A stretch of DNA of 64,000 nucleotides. It comes from Selaginella moellendorffii. Lineage: Eukaryota; Plantae; Lycopodiophyta. The position numbers and the translations under genes were made by a program. Position 1 is the stretch's first letter. Every line of letters starts with the position of its first letter. The stretch spans positions 1,606,293-1,670,292 of the forward strand of contig NW_003314289.1 of the NCBI RefSeq assembly GCF_000143415.4. Reading direction: 5' to 3'. Under the pieces are notes generated by a model. It had not been told where the DNA came from, searched no databases, and worked only from the letters and a program-made list of their open reading frames with translations. Positions 47,712 to 58,499 of the stretch are shown in pieces.

Positions 47712-48017
47712 ATGGACTGGAAAGATCCGCGGCTCACCGAGCAGATATTGCAGTACACGCTCATCTCCTCGGCGCTCATCGCGATCGCCGCGGGCTACCT
47801 CACCGCCTCGCTCAAGACGATGTTCCTCGTCTATGGCGGCTGCGTGTTCGTGACGCTGCTCGTCATCGTCCCCGACTGGCCCTACTTCTGCCGCCATCCC
47901 CGCGAGTGGATGACTCCAAAGAGGGCCGACGCTCCATTCCACCACCAGCAGCAGCGATCATCGCCGGGCCTGGAATCCATCCGAGAATCGGCGCTGGATG
48001 CCAGCAAGAGAGATTGA
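47712..48017 (+). CDS. SPCS1: Signal peptidase complex subunit 1 (SPC12)
   Basis: MDW…LTEQILQ, two TM helices, VPDWPYFCRHPREW. Confidence 0.88.
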   Translation: MDWKDPRLTEQILQYTLISSALIAIAAGYLTASLKTMFLVYGGCVFVTLLVIVPDWPYFCRHPREWMTPKRADAPFHHQQQRSSPGLESIRESALDASKRD

Positions 48018-48338
48018 TTGATCGACGCTTTCCTCCTCTCCTCTCCTCTCCTCTCTCTCTCTCTCTCTCAGCTTTCTAATCCAATCCTGGCAAGAATAAT
48101 CACCAAGAAGGATTCGATTTCTCTTCGTCTTCTCGGGGATTTCTCCTCCCAGCGCTCCAGATTCATTGATTTCTTCGCCCCAGTACCAACGCATCGTTGT
48201 TCTCTTTTAATGCTTGGCAGCCTTTCGGTCTGGTGGCCACTACCTGACATAAATTCAATGGAACCTTTTTTTATTTTTCTTTGTGAACGTTAGAACCCTA
48301 GAAATGCGAAAGAGCAAGAACCCTAAATTTCGTTGGCT

Positions 48339-50791
48339 ATGGCGGAGGAGGAAGAAGGCGCGGGCTTCCACCTAGGGCAGCGCGTCCGGAGCGCGAGAGA
48401 GGCGCAGCAGCTCGGCACGGTGAGGTATGTCGGGCCAGTGGAGGGCTACCACGGGGTCTGGATTGGAGTGGATTGGGACAGCGGACAATCTCGCCACGAC
48501 GGCTCCGTCAATGGCGTTCGCTACTTCACCGCCAGCGGCGAGAAGTCGGGATCGCTCGTGAGGCCTTCGAATCTCAGCGCTGGGTGGAGTTTGCTCGAAG
48601 CTCTTGTCTCTAGGTACAAGATCAGCATGAGCAAAGACGATGCAGGTACTACATTTTCTTTTCTTTCTTTGCCAAGTGTGAACTGTGTGTTCTTCGTGGT
48701 GGCAGAGGATATGTATCTCATGTCTGTGAGGCAGAGAAAAGTTGCTGTGGAGCTCGTTGGGCAGAGCAAAGTGGAGGAGAAGCAAAAGAAACTCAACGAG
48801 CTCCGCGCCGCATCTCTAGTCTTTGCCGGTGTTTCGTCACTCGGACCACCTGGAGAGATATCTTCTTCTGCTCCAAGTATGTTTTTTTGGCTTGCTTTCT
48901 TTCTTATCTGATAGTTTCATTGCGGTTGTTATCATGTCAGATATTGAAGAACTCGACCTGACGGGGAATCTGATCTCCGACTGGAACGTGAGTATTTAGC
49001 TCTACTTCTTTTTCTAGCAGCTTTATGATCTACAGCTTGTTGCGTATAGTTTGTCACTTGTCTCTGCGAGGAGCTGCCGCGTTTGAGAGCCGTAGACCTC
49101 AGCTATAATCGAATTGATATCCGGCCAGAGATGCCACGGCCTCCTCTTAATTTGAGGACTGTTGTGCTGAATTACTGCTCTCTCTCTTGGGAACAGGTGC
49201 GCAACAGCGTTAGCGTTAGACCTTTTGTGAAAGTTTTTTGTAGGTTGACATGCTGAGCAAGTCGCTGCCGTTTGTGGAGGAGCTCCATCTTCGACATAAC
49301 AATATCCGTCTCTTACAGGTTTGTGCTCTACGTTATTTCCTTGCTTTTCAATTCTGTGAATAATGCGTGTATGCTCTAGACTTCTGGCGAAGCAGTTGAG
49401 GGATTTGAGGAGCTCCGGGTTCTCAACCTTGAAGGCAACAGCCTTGAAAGTTGGGACGAAATGATGAAGCTATCAAGCCTCAGAAGGTAGTCTTCTATTT
49501 CATTTTCTTGGGAGTAAGCTGACTGGCCGTCTGCAGCTTGAAGACTCTAAACGTCTCTGGAAATGCGATCACCAAAGTTTCCTATCCGGAAAACATAAAA
49601 GACCAGTGGCCTTTCTTGCAACTATCATGTCTTCTTCTAGGTATGTTTCTCGTTTCTTATTTCACTCCTAATTTACTTTATGTTCTGGATGTAAGGAAAG
49701 AATCAATTGGCAGACTGGGAGTCTGTGGATGCTCTTGACAAGTTTCCCAATCTCACGGTAGTCATCATGCATTATACTTTGCATTTTCTTTTATAACAAG
49801 TGCCTGTAGGAAGTAAGGCTGAGCGAGAATCCAATAGCAGATACAAGCAAAGGTGGTGCACCAAGATACGTTTTAGTAGCCCGGCTCAGCAAAATAACTG
49901 TTCTCAACGGGAGTGAAGTAAAGCAATGTGTCAATTATGCTCGGTTGTAATTGGTATTTTACAGGTCAAACCACGGGAAAGGAAAGACTCGGAGATCAGG
50001 CGAGTATAATAACCAGTATGATAGACCTCACAGCTCAAGGTGTCTACTGCAGATATGTCCGTCACGTTCTCAATACTATGACGCCAGGCGAAGACATCAG
50101 AAGATCTCATCCAAGGCAAGCAGTGTGTTTTCGGCATCCGTGTTAGTTGTTGTTTTTTCTCTCTTTTTGTTTTTTTTTTTTTTTTGGTCTGCAGGTTCGA
50201 GCAGTTGAAGAAACAGTATGATATTTCAGAAGAATCGGTGCCACAAGCTGGGTCACAATCATCTCAAAATATGGCGGCTAGCCTCATAAGTAAGCTCGTC
50301 TTTTTACCTCGATTGCTTGTGACTTCACGTTTGCTATTTACTTACAGCAATTACGATCAAATGCGTTGCTGCCAGCCTAGGAGAAATCGCACCAGTGACT
50401 AGAAAGCTTCCTGGTTCGATGACGGTATTGCGTGGTGCATATTTTGCAGCGAAAACGATTGCTTGCGTGTATTGCAGGTCGGTAAGCTGAAGCTGCTTTG
50501 CGAGGCTTTGTTCAAGCTGAAAGCAACAAAGCAACGTCTTTTTTTGGAGGAAAAGGTCGTGCTCTTCCTCGCTTTCATTCACGACAATTGTCGTACTAAT
50601 TGCCGCTTCTACACAGGAGAGCCCGCTGCCGCTTCCTCTCGATGACGACCTGGAGAGCCTCGGAAACATTGGATTTGGACAACAGGGTGTTATTCTAATG
50701 GAAGAATGTAAGCATCGCGTTGCAGGTCTTGGTATCATCCAAAGGACGTGCCAATTTAAACTTACCCTTTTTCATATTTCTTTCAGGTTGA
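48339..50791 (+). CDS. TBCE: Tubulin-folding cofactor E (CAP-Gly, LRR and ubiquitin-like domains)
   Basis: GTVRYVGPV…WIGVDWD…HDGSVNGVRYF, LRR exons, ERKDSEIRYV and a TVGKLKLLC UBL segment. Exact stop is approximate. Confidence 0.9.
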
Positions 50792-51157
50792 ATGCGATGT
50801 GCCGTGTTGGTGAGTGCAACTAAATTTTCAGCACATCGTCATCATCCTCGGCATCGCATTGGTGTTGTTACTGTAAACAAAAGGATGACTCTCCGTGTGC
50901 AACGATGCTCGTGCTCTTTTTTTACAATTTTTTCTTTTCTTTCCGTGCCACAGATTTGTGTCCCTCCTCATTATTTACATGATCCGCAAGAACCGGAAGC
51001 ATATCCCGATGACCAGTTGCGCTGGAGGAAGTAAAGTTCCGAGTTCATTGGATTTCTACTCCAGCACAAATTTTCTTTCTCCATGGAAGGTAACTGCTTC
51101 GCAAGCTCGACTTGCTCACTTTTCGTTCTTGCAGCAGCGAGTGAAGTCTAGAGCAAC

Positions 51158-51508
51158 ATGTCTAGAGATCTCCGCGATAGTCACGCTCCACCCTGTGGAG
51201 ACAATCAAGACTCTTGCGTCGATTCGCCAATGCCGTACTTGGTGGCGGCACTGGGAGCCATGCTGCTGCTCGTGGTCCTCACACAGACACTGCGGCTTAT
51301 TTCGTATCTCCGGACCTCCCAGAATCTTAGAGCCGCCGCTAGTGCCCAGCAGCATCTCCAGCTCCGGCCAGCCGCGGGAGATGACCACCAACAGGTCGAG
51401 AGCAAGTTGACACCAGGCCAGTGCCGTGAAATCGTTGTCATCATGGCTGGTGACGAAGCTCCCACTTTCCTCGCAGAGCCAACGAGAGTGGAAACTCCTA
51501 CTCGGTAG
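51158..51508 (+). CDS. GDU: GLUTAMINE DUMPER-family amino-acid export regulator
   Basis: SPMPYL + TM helix, and VIMAG motif (IVVIMAGDEAPTFLAEP). Confidence 0.85.
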   Translation: MSRDLRDSHAPPCGDNQDSCVDSPMPYLVAALGAMLLLVVLTQTLRLISYLRTSQNLRAAASAQQHLQLRPAAGDDHQQVESKLTPGQCREIVVIMAGDEAPTFLAEPTRVETPTR

Positions 51509-51854
51509 TTCTTAACACTGGATCCTGTTCTTGACAACCAAAATCACGAAAGTTCCTCGTCCAAGAGGTACTTTTTGTCTTTCCATTGATTTCTCTTGTG
51601 CTATTGTTAACAACAATTACGCTCTTGTTTTGGAGGATAATCTGCCGACCAGAATAGTTTAAGAGCAAACAAGGCTGTGGCAGATGTTGGCAAGTTCTTG
51701 AGTGTCTTGGAGCTAGAATAGCCGGCCGAGATTTTCTTTGTCCGTTTTGATAAGTCTAAACCATTTAGAAACACTCGTTCGGTTTCCCAGGTCCTGTTCG
51801 TGCCTCGTGATTTATACCAGGCACCGAGGAGTTTACTTCTGTGCCTCTGCCAAA

Positions 51855-53060
51855 ATGCTTCCAGCACAGAGCGCGTTCTTGCGGATGTTTTGCTGCCATG
51901 GGCCTCTCACCAGGTAAGCTTCTTGCTCTAGATTTCTAAATCGCCTAACAAATCTTCTCTCCTGTCCTCATAGTTACCAGGAAGATCACAAAGGAGGCAG
52001 CTCGAGCTGGAGGATCTTCACATTCAAGGAACTTATCAATGCTACTAGCAACTTCTCGGACGATCGAAAGCTTGGAGAAGGTGGCTTTGGCAGCGTTTTT
52101 TGGGGACAACTTAGTGATGGTACTCAGGTAAGCTATCATGGCAAAAGAAAAGACTGCGCTAAGCTCATTCGTATCTATAATAGATTGCAGTTAAGAGATT
52201 GAAGAACCTGACCACCACAAACGAGATGGCATTTGCGGTGGAAGTCGAGACATTGGGACGCGTCCAGCACAGAAATCTTCTAAAGCTCCGCGGCTACTGC
52301 ACAGACGGCCAAGAGCGCATCATCGTCTACGATTACATGCCGAACTTGAGCCTCCTGTCACACCTCCATGGAAAGCTCGGCTCCAGCGCGTGCTTAAGCT
52401 GGCCGAAGAGGGTGAAAATCGCGATGGGATCCGCGGAAGCAATCGAGTAAGTTCATGGCTTTTCTTGATATCTTTGTCTAACTTTGCATTGCCAGATACT
52501 TGCATCACGATGCGAACCCCCACATCATCCACAGGGACGTGAAAGCCAGCAACGTTCTCATCGACGCCAACTTCGAGGCACAGATCGCCGACTTTGGCTT
52601 CGCCAAGTTCGTCCCGGAGGGAGTGACTCACATGACCACCCGAGTGAAAGGAACGCTGGGATACTTGGCCCCAGAGTACGCGATGTGGGGGAAGGTGTCC
52701 GAGAGCTGCGACGTCTACAGCTTCGGGATCCTGCTGCTGGAGCTCATCAGCGGGCGGAAGCCGATCGAGAAGATGGGGTCGGGAATGAAGCGCACCATCG
52801 TCGAGTGGGCCGCGCCGCTCGTGTTCCAGGGAAAGTTCGAGGACCTGGTGGATCCCAAGCTCCAGGGGAAGTTCAGCATGCTCCAGCTCAAGAAGCTGGT
52901 TCACGCGGCCACCTTGTGTGCGCAGAGCAATCCGGAGAACAGACCCACGATGCGAGAGGTGGTGGCCATCCTGAAAGAAAAGCGTCTAGACATGACCTCT
53001 GGGAGTTTCCGGATGGACACTGTGAAGTATAGGCAAGAACTCTTGGATGAAGAAGACTAA
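51855..53060 (+). CDS. Receptor-like cytoplasmic kinase (PTI1-like)
   Basis: WRIFTFKEL…LGEGGFGSV…IAVKRLK…HRDVKASN…DFG…[10 protein letters not shown] in 4 exons. Confidence 0.95.
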
Positions 53061-53284
53061 GAAGTAGTCCCTGGAACTCCTGGAAGAAACTACTTCTTAG
53101 ACTTCTTCCAGAGAGTTTTTTTGTTTCCAAGTCTATGGCTTTACAAAGCCAAGAACTCCTGCTGGATGAAGAAGACTAAGTTTGTTCTTCATCTAGAGAG
53201 TTTTTTCCCAAGTGTATAAGTTTGTCAAGCAAAGAAATTTTTTTCCAAGTGTGGAACTTCGAGGGATTAGGGTTCTTGTTTGCG

Positions 53285-53611
53285 ATGGACAACGCCGGTG
53301 GATCAGGCGCTGGTGGAAGTGGGGTCTTGGCTCCGCCACCGCCGATTGAGCCAGTGACTTACATGTGTGGAGGTGAGCGGCGCCATGCTTTTCTTCGCTT
53401 GGTGTGGGTTTTTACATCTTTTTGTTTGCTAGATTGTGGAACCGACAATTCGCTCAAGCCTGGGGATGTGATACAGTGCCGGGAATGCGGCTATCGCATC
53501 CTCTACAAGAAGAGAACTCGAAGAAGTAAGCGAATCTCTTGTTTTTAGAGCTTTCCATTCGCTCATCTCGGCTTTTGGGTGATTGCAGTTGTGCAGTATG
53601 AAGCACGCTAG
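53285..53611 (+). CDS. RPB12: RNA polymerase I/II/III shared subunit 12
   Basis: VTYMCGDCG…[25 protein letters not shown] over 3 exons. Confidence 0.95.
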
Positions 53612-53905
53612 GCGGCAAAGCTCATCCTTTTCGCATGGATCTTAAAGACGATACTGTTCTTTCTCGATCTCCTCGATCTCTCTCACATCCTCTAGGTACT
53701 GTGCTGCGTGTTGTTTTGATAGGAATGGAAGCCCACTAAAGTGGAAGTCCACTTTCGGGAAGAATGCATGAAAGGTGTCACGTATCAATCAACTTCTGGC
53801 GTTTAGGTACTTCAAAATTGCCCAAGATGGGCATCTTTATTTTTTTATAAAGAATGATGGAAGAGTGAATGTGATGGAACGATCTTTCAAAATTTTGGTC
53901 TCGGC

Positions 53906-55468
53906 CTAGAGCTTTGACATCGTGCTAACCTGCTTGTAGTGGCTGGGTCTGCCGTCTGGATACGTCACAAGCACCATCCTGTAGCCTTCACGCTTGAGAA
54001 GCAACTGTTGGCTCAACTCGAGTTGCTCACAGGCCATTTCTCCGGCATGCACACTTGAACCTCGGATGACTTTGGAGTGCAGCAGCATGAACTTGCCATC
54101 CGCCAGCTCCACCACCGCGTTGTGCCATGGCGTTGGGATGTGGAAGTTCTTCTCCTCGGAAGAACGCTGCGCTGCCACTAGAGAGGAATGGATGATGTTG
54201 ATGCCATACTTGGGACCTCTGTTTGGATGCGGGTGGATGGAAATGCGCAGCTGCAAAGGGAAGAGCCACTCCACCATGGCCGAGTATGCACGGTTCCTGA
54301 GGATCATGAGGAAGGCAACCTGGCTGCACAGCTTCTTCTTGGCCGACTTTGACGGGAGATTCTTGCAGCTCTTGTGTTCGTACAAGTCCTCGAGCATGAA
54401 CCTGGAGAAGCCACGATAAAGATTGCGTGTCTCCGGGTCATCCTTGATCTCCTTGGTGACAGTTGACTCGTCACAGCCAAACAAGCACATGAGAGCTCGC
54501 CTGGCATTCTCTGCATTGGCGGTGAGCTCGGTAGCAACAGGATGCTCCACGGTGGTGTTGGAGATAAGCTTCGCAATGCTGTCCTCGCTGTGGTTGTCCA
54601 GCAGAAACTCATCCAGGCGAAAGAAATTGACCAAGCCGGGATACAAGTTGTGTGCCATCTCCCAAAACATCTCCCCATAAGAATCCACAGCAGCATCGTC
54701 CGAGCCGACGAGATCGGAGAAGACATGGCCATCCGAGACGACGTTGTAGTGCACGCCTGGAGCATACACGGCCTTGATGAGATCAGCCACAATCTTCATG
54801 GAATGAATGGCAAGCTCCTCGGCCTTGTCGGGGCTCTTTCCCAGAGTCTTGTCGGGATTGCACGACTTGACTGGAAATGCCGGCAAGATGAACTCGAGTG
54901 GGATATTTCTTGCGACGTGGTACCTCACCCTGTCTGCGAACCTCTGCTTGCCTCCACTGGTGAACCACTGGTCGTGCTTTGGGAAGTGGATGTAATTCTT
55001 CTCAATGATGTCCACAACTTGCGAGGTGATGTCGTCCACCTCTTGAGGTGTGTGCGAGCTGAAGGGCTCCAGAAGACAATCTCTGGTCATGACGCTATTG
55101 TCCAGCAGCAGAGAGGCCAGGTAGCTCATCTCGCTCTCCACTGTGCTCGCGGGATCCTCCATGAAGGCAACGCCCTCGAATCCGTTGCCAATATATCTCT
55201 CGTAGACAGTGGCTGTCCACTCCTGATCATTTGCTGCTCCAAGCATGGAAATCGTGTATCTGTTGATCTCTGGAGCAATAGACCGTGTGGCTTGCTTGGC
55301 CGCCTCTAAATCTTCTGCTGTGCTCGCAACCATGGAGGAAAACATGAAGTCACTACTCTGAGCGGTAGAAACTGGGACATATCTTGACGCAGACTGTGAG
55401 ATGAATGCAACCTCGCCATTCTCCCTGTGAATATACAAGAATGCAATCTTGTCCTTGGGATAAGCCAT
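53906..55468 (-). CDS. Isocyanide (isonitrile) synthase, DIT1/PvcA family; intact copy
   Basis: FILPAFPVKS, PDKAEELA, VVSDGHVFSDLVG, LYRGFSRFMLEDL, AYSAMV, RISIHPH and HIPTPWHN motifs. Intronless, 520 aa. Confidence 0.92.
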   Translation of the reverse strand: MAYPKDKIAFLYIHRENGEVAFISQSASRYVPVSTAQSSDFMFSSMVASTAEDLEAAKQATRSIAPEINRYTISMLGAANDQEWTATVYERYIGNGFEGVAFMEDPASTVESEMSYLASLLLDNSVMTRDCLLEPFSSHTPQEVDDITSQVVDIIEKNYIHFPKHDQWFTSGGKQRFADRVRYHVARNIPLEFILPAFPVKSCNPDKTLGKSPDKAEELAIHSMKIVADLIKAVYAPGVHYNVVSDGHVFSDLVGSDDAAVDSYGEMFWEMAHNLYPGLVNFFRLDEFLLDNHSEDSIAKLISNTTVEHPVATELTANAENARRALMCLFGCDESTVTKEIKDDPETRNLYRGFSRFMLEDLYEHKSCKNLPSKSAKKKLCSQVAFLMILRNRAYSAMVEWLFPLQLRISIHPHPNRGPKYGINIIHSSLVAAQRSSEEKNFHIPTPWHNAVVELADGKFMLLHSKVIRGSSVHAGEMACEQLELSQQLLLKREGYRMVLVTYPDGRPSHYKQVSTMSKL

Positions 55469-56612
55469 GACTCTGAGTTCGTCACTGAGAAATTCAGGTC
55501 GAGCTAAATCGTCAAGTGCCAGCGGTGTTGGTGATCCCCGAGTCTTTTATACGGGAAAACCAAAGGGTCGTCTATCTTTGACTGACGTGATATTTGAAAA
55601 CGTCTTGTCGAGGGAAGATTCCCTTGAAAGTGAACTCAAAGTCGGTTCGTTCAATGCATGTTTTGTGATAAGCACATTGGATCCTGCGTATAAAGAATTG
55701 CAAAATGAATGTTCTTCGAAGCCAAGATTATGCTTCAAGCTAGAACTAGGTCTCTAGCAAGCGATCACTCAACCAAACGAGTAAAAGTTATCAAGCATTA
55801 CCGTGTTGCTTGCACCAATTTTGGGAATTATCCTCTTTCGCTATAAGCACGTGTAAAAGAGCTACAAAACTTTCCATTGTTCTGGGTCACGGTCAACTTA
55901 CTCGGCTGAATGAACGTTCTTCTTGTGAATTATCCATTGCATTGGGATGGCCCACGCAGGACATCCCTGTTGCTTATTCAACACAAATGGTTTTGCGATA
56001 AGCACGTTGGATCCATGTGTTTGTAAAACTTTGCATGGTTCTAATGTTCTTTTAAGCATATGCTTCAGATTCAAACTTGGTCTCAACCAAATGAGTAAAA
56101 GTTGTCAAACGTGAGCATTGACTTCCTAGTGTCCAAGAAGATTTTATTTTTCTACCATTCGTACTGTATTTTCCTTACTGTAGGCCCAAGTAGATCTGAT
56201 ATCTCACCTTGTCTTAAGCCCTCTTGCTTTGCTAATAAATAAACAACTGGCTGTACATTTAAAACTCTTGTATTTGCCCCGGTTGGATTTTTCCAATACC
56301 AAAAATCTCCTCACTAGCACATTGCCCTAATCTTTAGGGTTTCCTAGTGAAACTACAGAAGCTTCCACGGAGAGGTACGTGACTTGTCCTCCATTGAACA
56401 CGTTTTTCAATTGTAGAAACGCTTGTCAAAGATGGTCGACCCGTCCAACTCTCCTTATATATAGCTCAGCTCTAGGCATCAACAAATCAATCATACGACT
56501 ACCAGCTCAGTCAACAGCAGCAAGACAGTAACGTTTCTGCTTGCGATCTCATCTCTAAAGTTTCTTGCCAGAGCTCTGTATTCTAATTTACAAGTCTCCA
56601 CTCCTGATTTCC

Positions 56613-58161
56613 ATGGCTTTTCCAAAGGACAAGATTGCGTTCTTGTACATCCACAAGGAGAATGGCGAGGTGGCATTCATTTCACAGTCTGCCAGAAGAT
56701 ATGTCCCCCAAGTTGCCACTCAGAAGAGCAGTAGTCATGTTTTCTTCCATGGTTGCGAGTACAGCAGAAGATCTAGAGGCAGTCAAGCAAGCCACACGCT
56801 CAGTGGCCCCAGAGGTGAACAGGTACACCATTTCCATGCTTGGAGCTGATTCATGCTCTTCGTGGGAAGCCACTATCTACGAGAGATACATTGGGAATGG
56901 CTTCGAGGGCGTGGTTTTCATCCAGGAGGAGGATAGCGAGAACATGAAGTATCTGGCCTCTCTGCTGCTGGACAACAGCGTCATGACTAGGGATTGTCTT
57001 CTGGAGCCCTTCAGCTCGCACACACCTCAAGAGGTGGACGACATCACCTCGCAAGTTGTGGACATCATTGAGAAGAATTACATCCACTTCCCAAAGCACG
57101 ACCAGTGGTTCACCAGCGGAGGCAAGCAGAGGTTCGCAGACAGGGTGAGATACCATGTCGCAAGAAATATCCCACTCGAGTTCGTCTTGCCGGCATTTCC
57201 AGTCAAGGCGTGCAATCCCGACAAGACTCTGGGAAAGAGCCCCAACAAGGCCGAGGAGCTTGCCATTCATTCCATGAAGATTGTGGCTGATCTCATCAAG
57301 GCCGTGTATGCTCCAGGCGTGCACTACAACGTCGTCTCGGATGGCCATGTCTTCTCCGATCTCGTCGGCTCGGACGATGCTGCTGTGGATTCTTATGGGG
57401 AGATGTTTTGGGAGATGGCACACAACTTGTATCCGGGCTTGGTCAATTTCTTTCGCCTGGATGAGTTTCTGCTGGACAACCACAGCGAGGACAGCATTGC
57501 GAAGCTTATCTCCAACACCACCGTGGAGCATCCTGTTGCTACCGAGCTCACCGCCAATGCAGAGAATACCAGGCGAGCTCTCATGTGCTTGTTTGGCTGT
57601 GACGAGTCAACTGTCACCAAGGAGATCAAGGATGACCTGGAGACACGCAATCTTTATCGTGGCTTCTCCAGGTTCATGCTCGAGGACTTGTACGAACACA
57701 AGAGTTGCAAGAATCTCCCGTCAAAGTCGGCCAAGAAGAAGCTGTGCAGCCAGGTTGCCTTCCTCATGATCCTCAGGAACCGCGCATACTCGGCCATGGT
57801 GGAGTGGCTCTTCCCGTTGCAGCTGCGCATCTCCATACATCCGCATCCAAATCGAGGTCCCAAGTATGGTATCAACATCATCCACTCCTCTCTTGTGGCA
57901 GCCCAGCGTTCTTCCGAGGAGAAGAACTTCCACATCCCAACACCATGGCACAACGCGGTGGTGGAGCTGGCGGATGGCAAGTTCATGCTGCTGCACTCCA
58001 AAGTCATCCGAGGTTCAAGTGTGCATGCCGGAGAAATGGCCTGTGAGCAACTCGAGCTGAGTCAACAGTTGCTTCTCAAGCGTGAAGGGTACAGGATGGT
58101 GCTTGTGACGTATCCAGACGGCAGACCCAGCCACTACAAGCAGGTTATGTCAAAGCTCTAG
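56613..58161 (+). CDS. Isocyanide synthase paralog; +1 frameshift near 56705-56736 (possible pseudogene or N-truncated product from ATG 56737)
   Basis: N-terminus MAFPKDKIAFLYIH is in a different frame from the rest. The C-terminal ~400 aa are nearly identical to the other copy. Confidence 0.85.
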
Positions 58162-58499
58162 GCCAAGACCAAAATTTTGAAAGATCGCTCCATCACATTC
58201 ATTCTTCCATCATTCTTTATATAAAAAATAAAGATGCCCCATCTTGGGCAATTTTGAAGTACCTAAACGCCCGAACTTGATTGATACGTAACACCTTTCA
58301 TGCATTCTTCCATGGTGGAGTGGCTCTTCCCGTTGCAGCTCCGCATCTCTATCCACCAGCATCCGAGTGGATCGGTCGATTTGGATGCGACCAATCCACT
58401 CGATTGGTCGCATCCAATCGAGTGGTCCACTCGATTTAGTCGACGTCAAGGGGTGGCTACGTGCCTCTTGCACACTGCCTGGAAGATGCCTGCAGAGTG

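Larger units (their letters stand above)
53758..58311. repeat. Large inverted repeat (arms ~53758-55470 and ~56611-58311) spanning both ICS genes and their 3' UTRs
   Basis: GGAAGAATGCATGAAAGGTG… at 53758 is the reverse complement of …CACCTTTCATGCATTCTTCC at 58311. Confidence 0.95.

Noticed and set aside
29531-53275. AAACCCTA/TAGGGTT motifs as interstitial telomere or telomerase RNA
   Set aside because: They are single copies just upstream of start codons (e.g. ~29532, 32004, 32181, 47336, 48319, 53268), i.e. ordinary telo-box promoter elements.
51158-58161. GDU, kinase and RPB12 as members of an ICS biosynthetic gene cluster
   Set aside because: These are ordinary conserved plant genes, there are no tailoring enzymes, and adjacency in a compact genome is not evidence without co-expression.
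53906-58161. Microbial contamination as the source of the ICS genes
   Set aside because: They are contiguous with spliced plant genes and host-type repeats, and have TATA promoters and local duplication patterns like neighbouring loci. Read-level confirmation is still needed.
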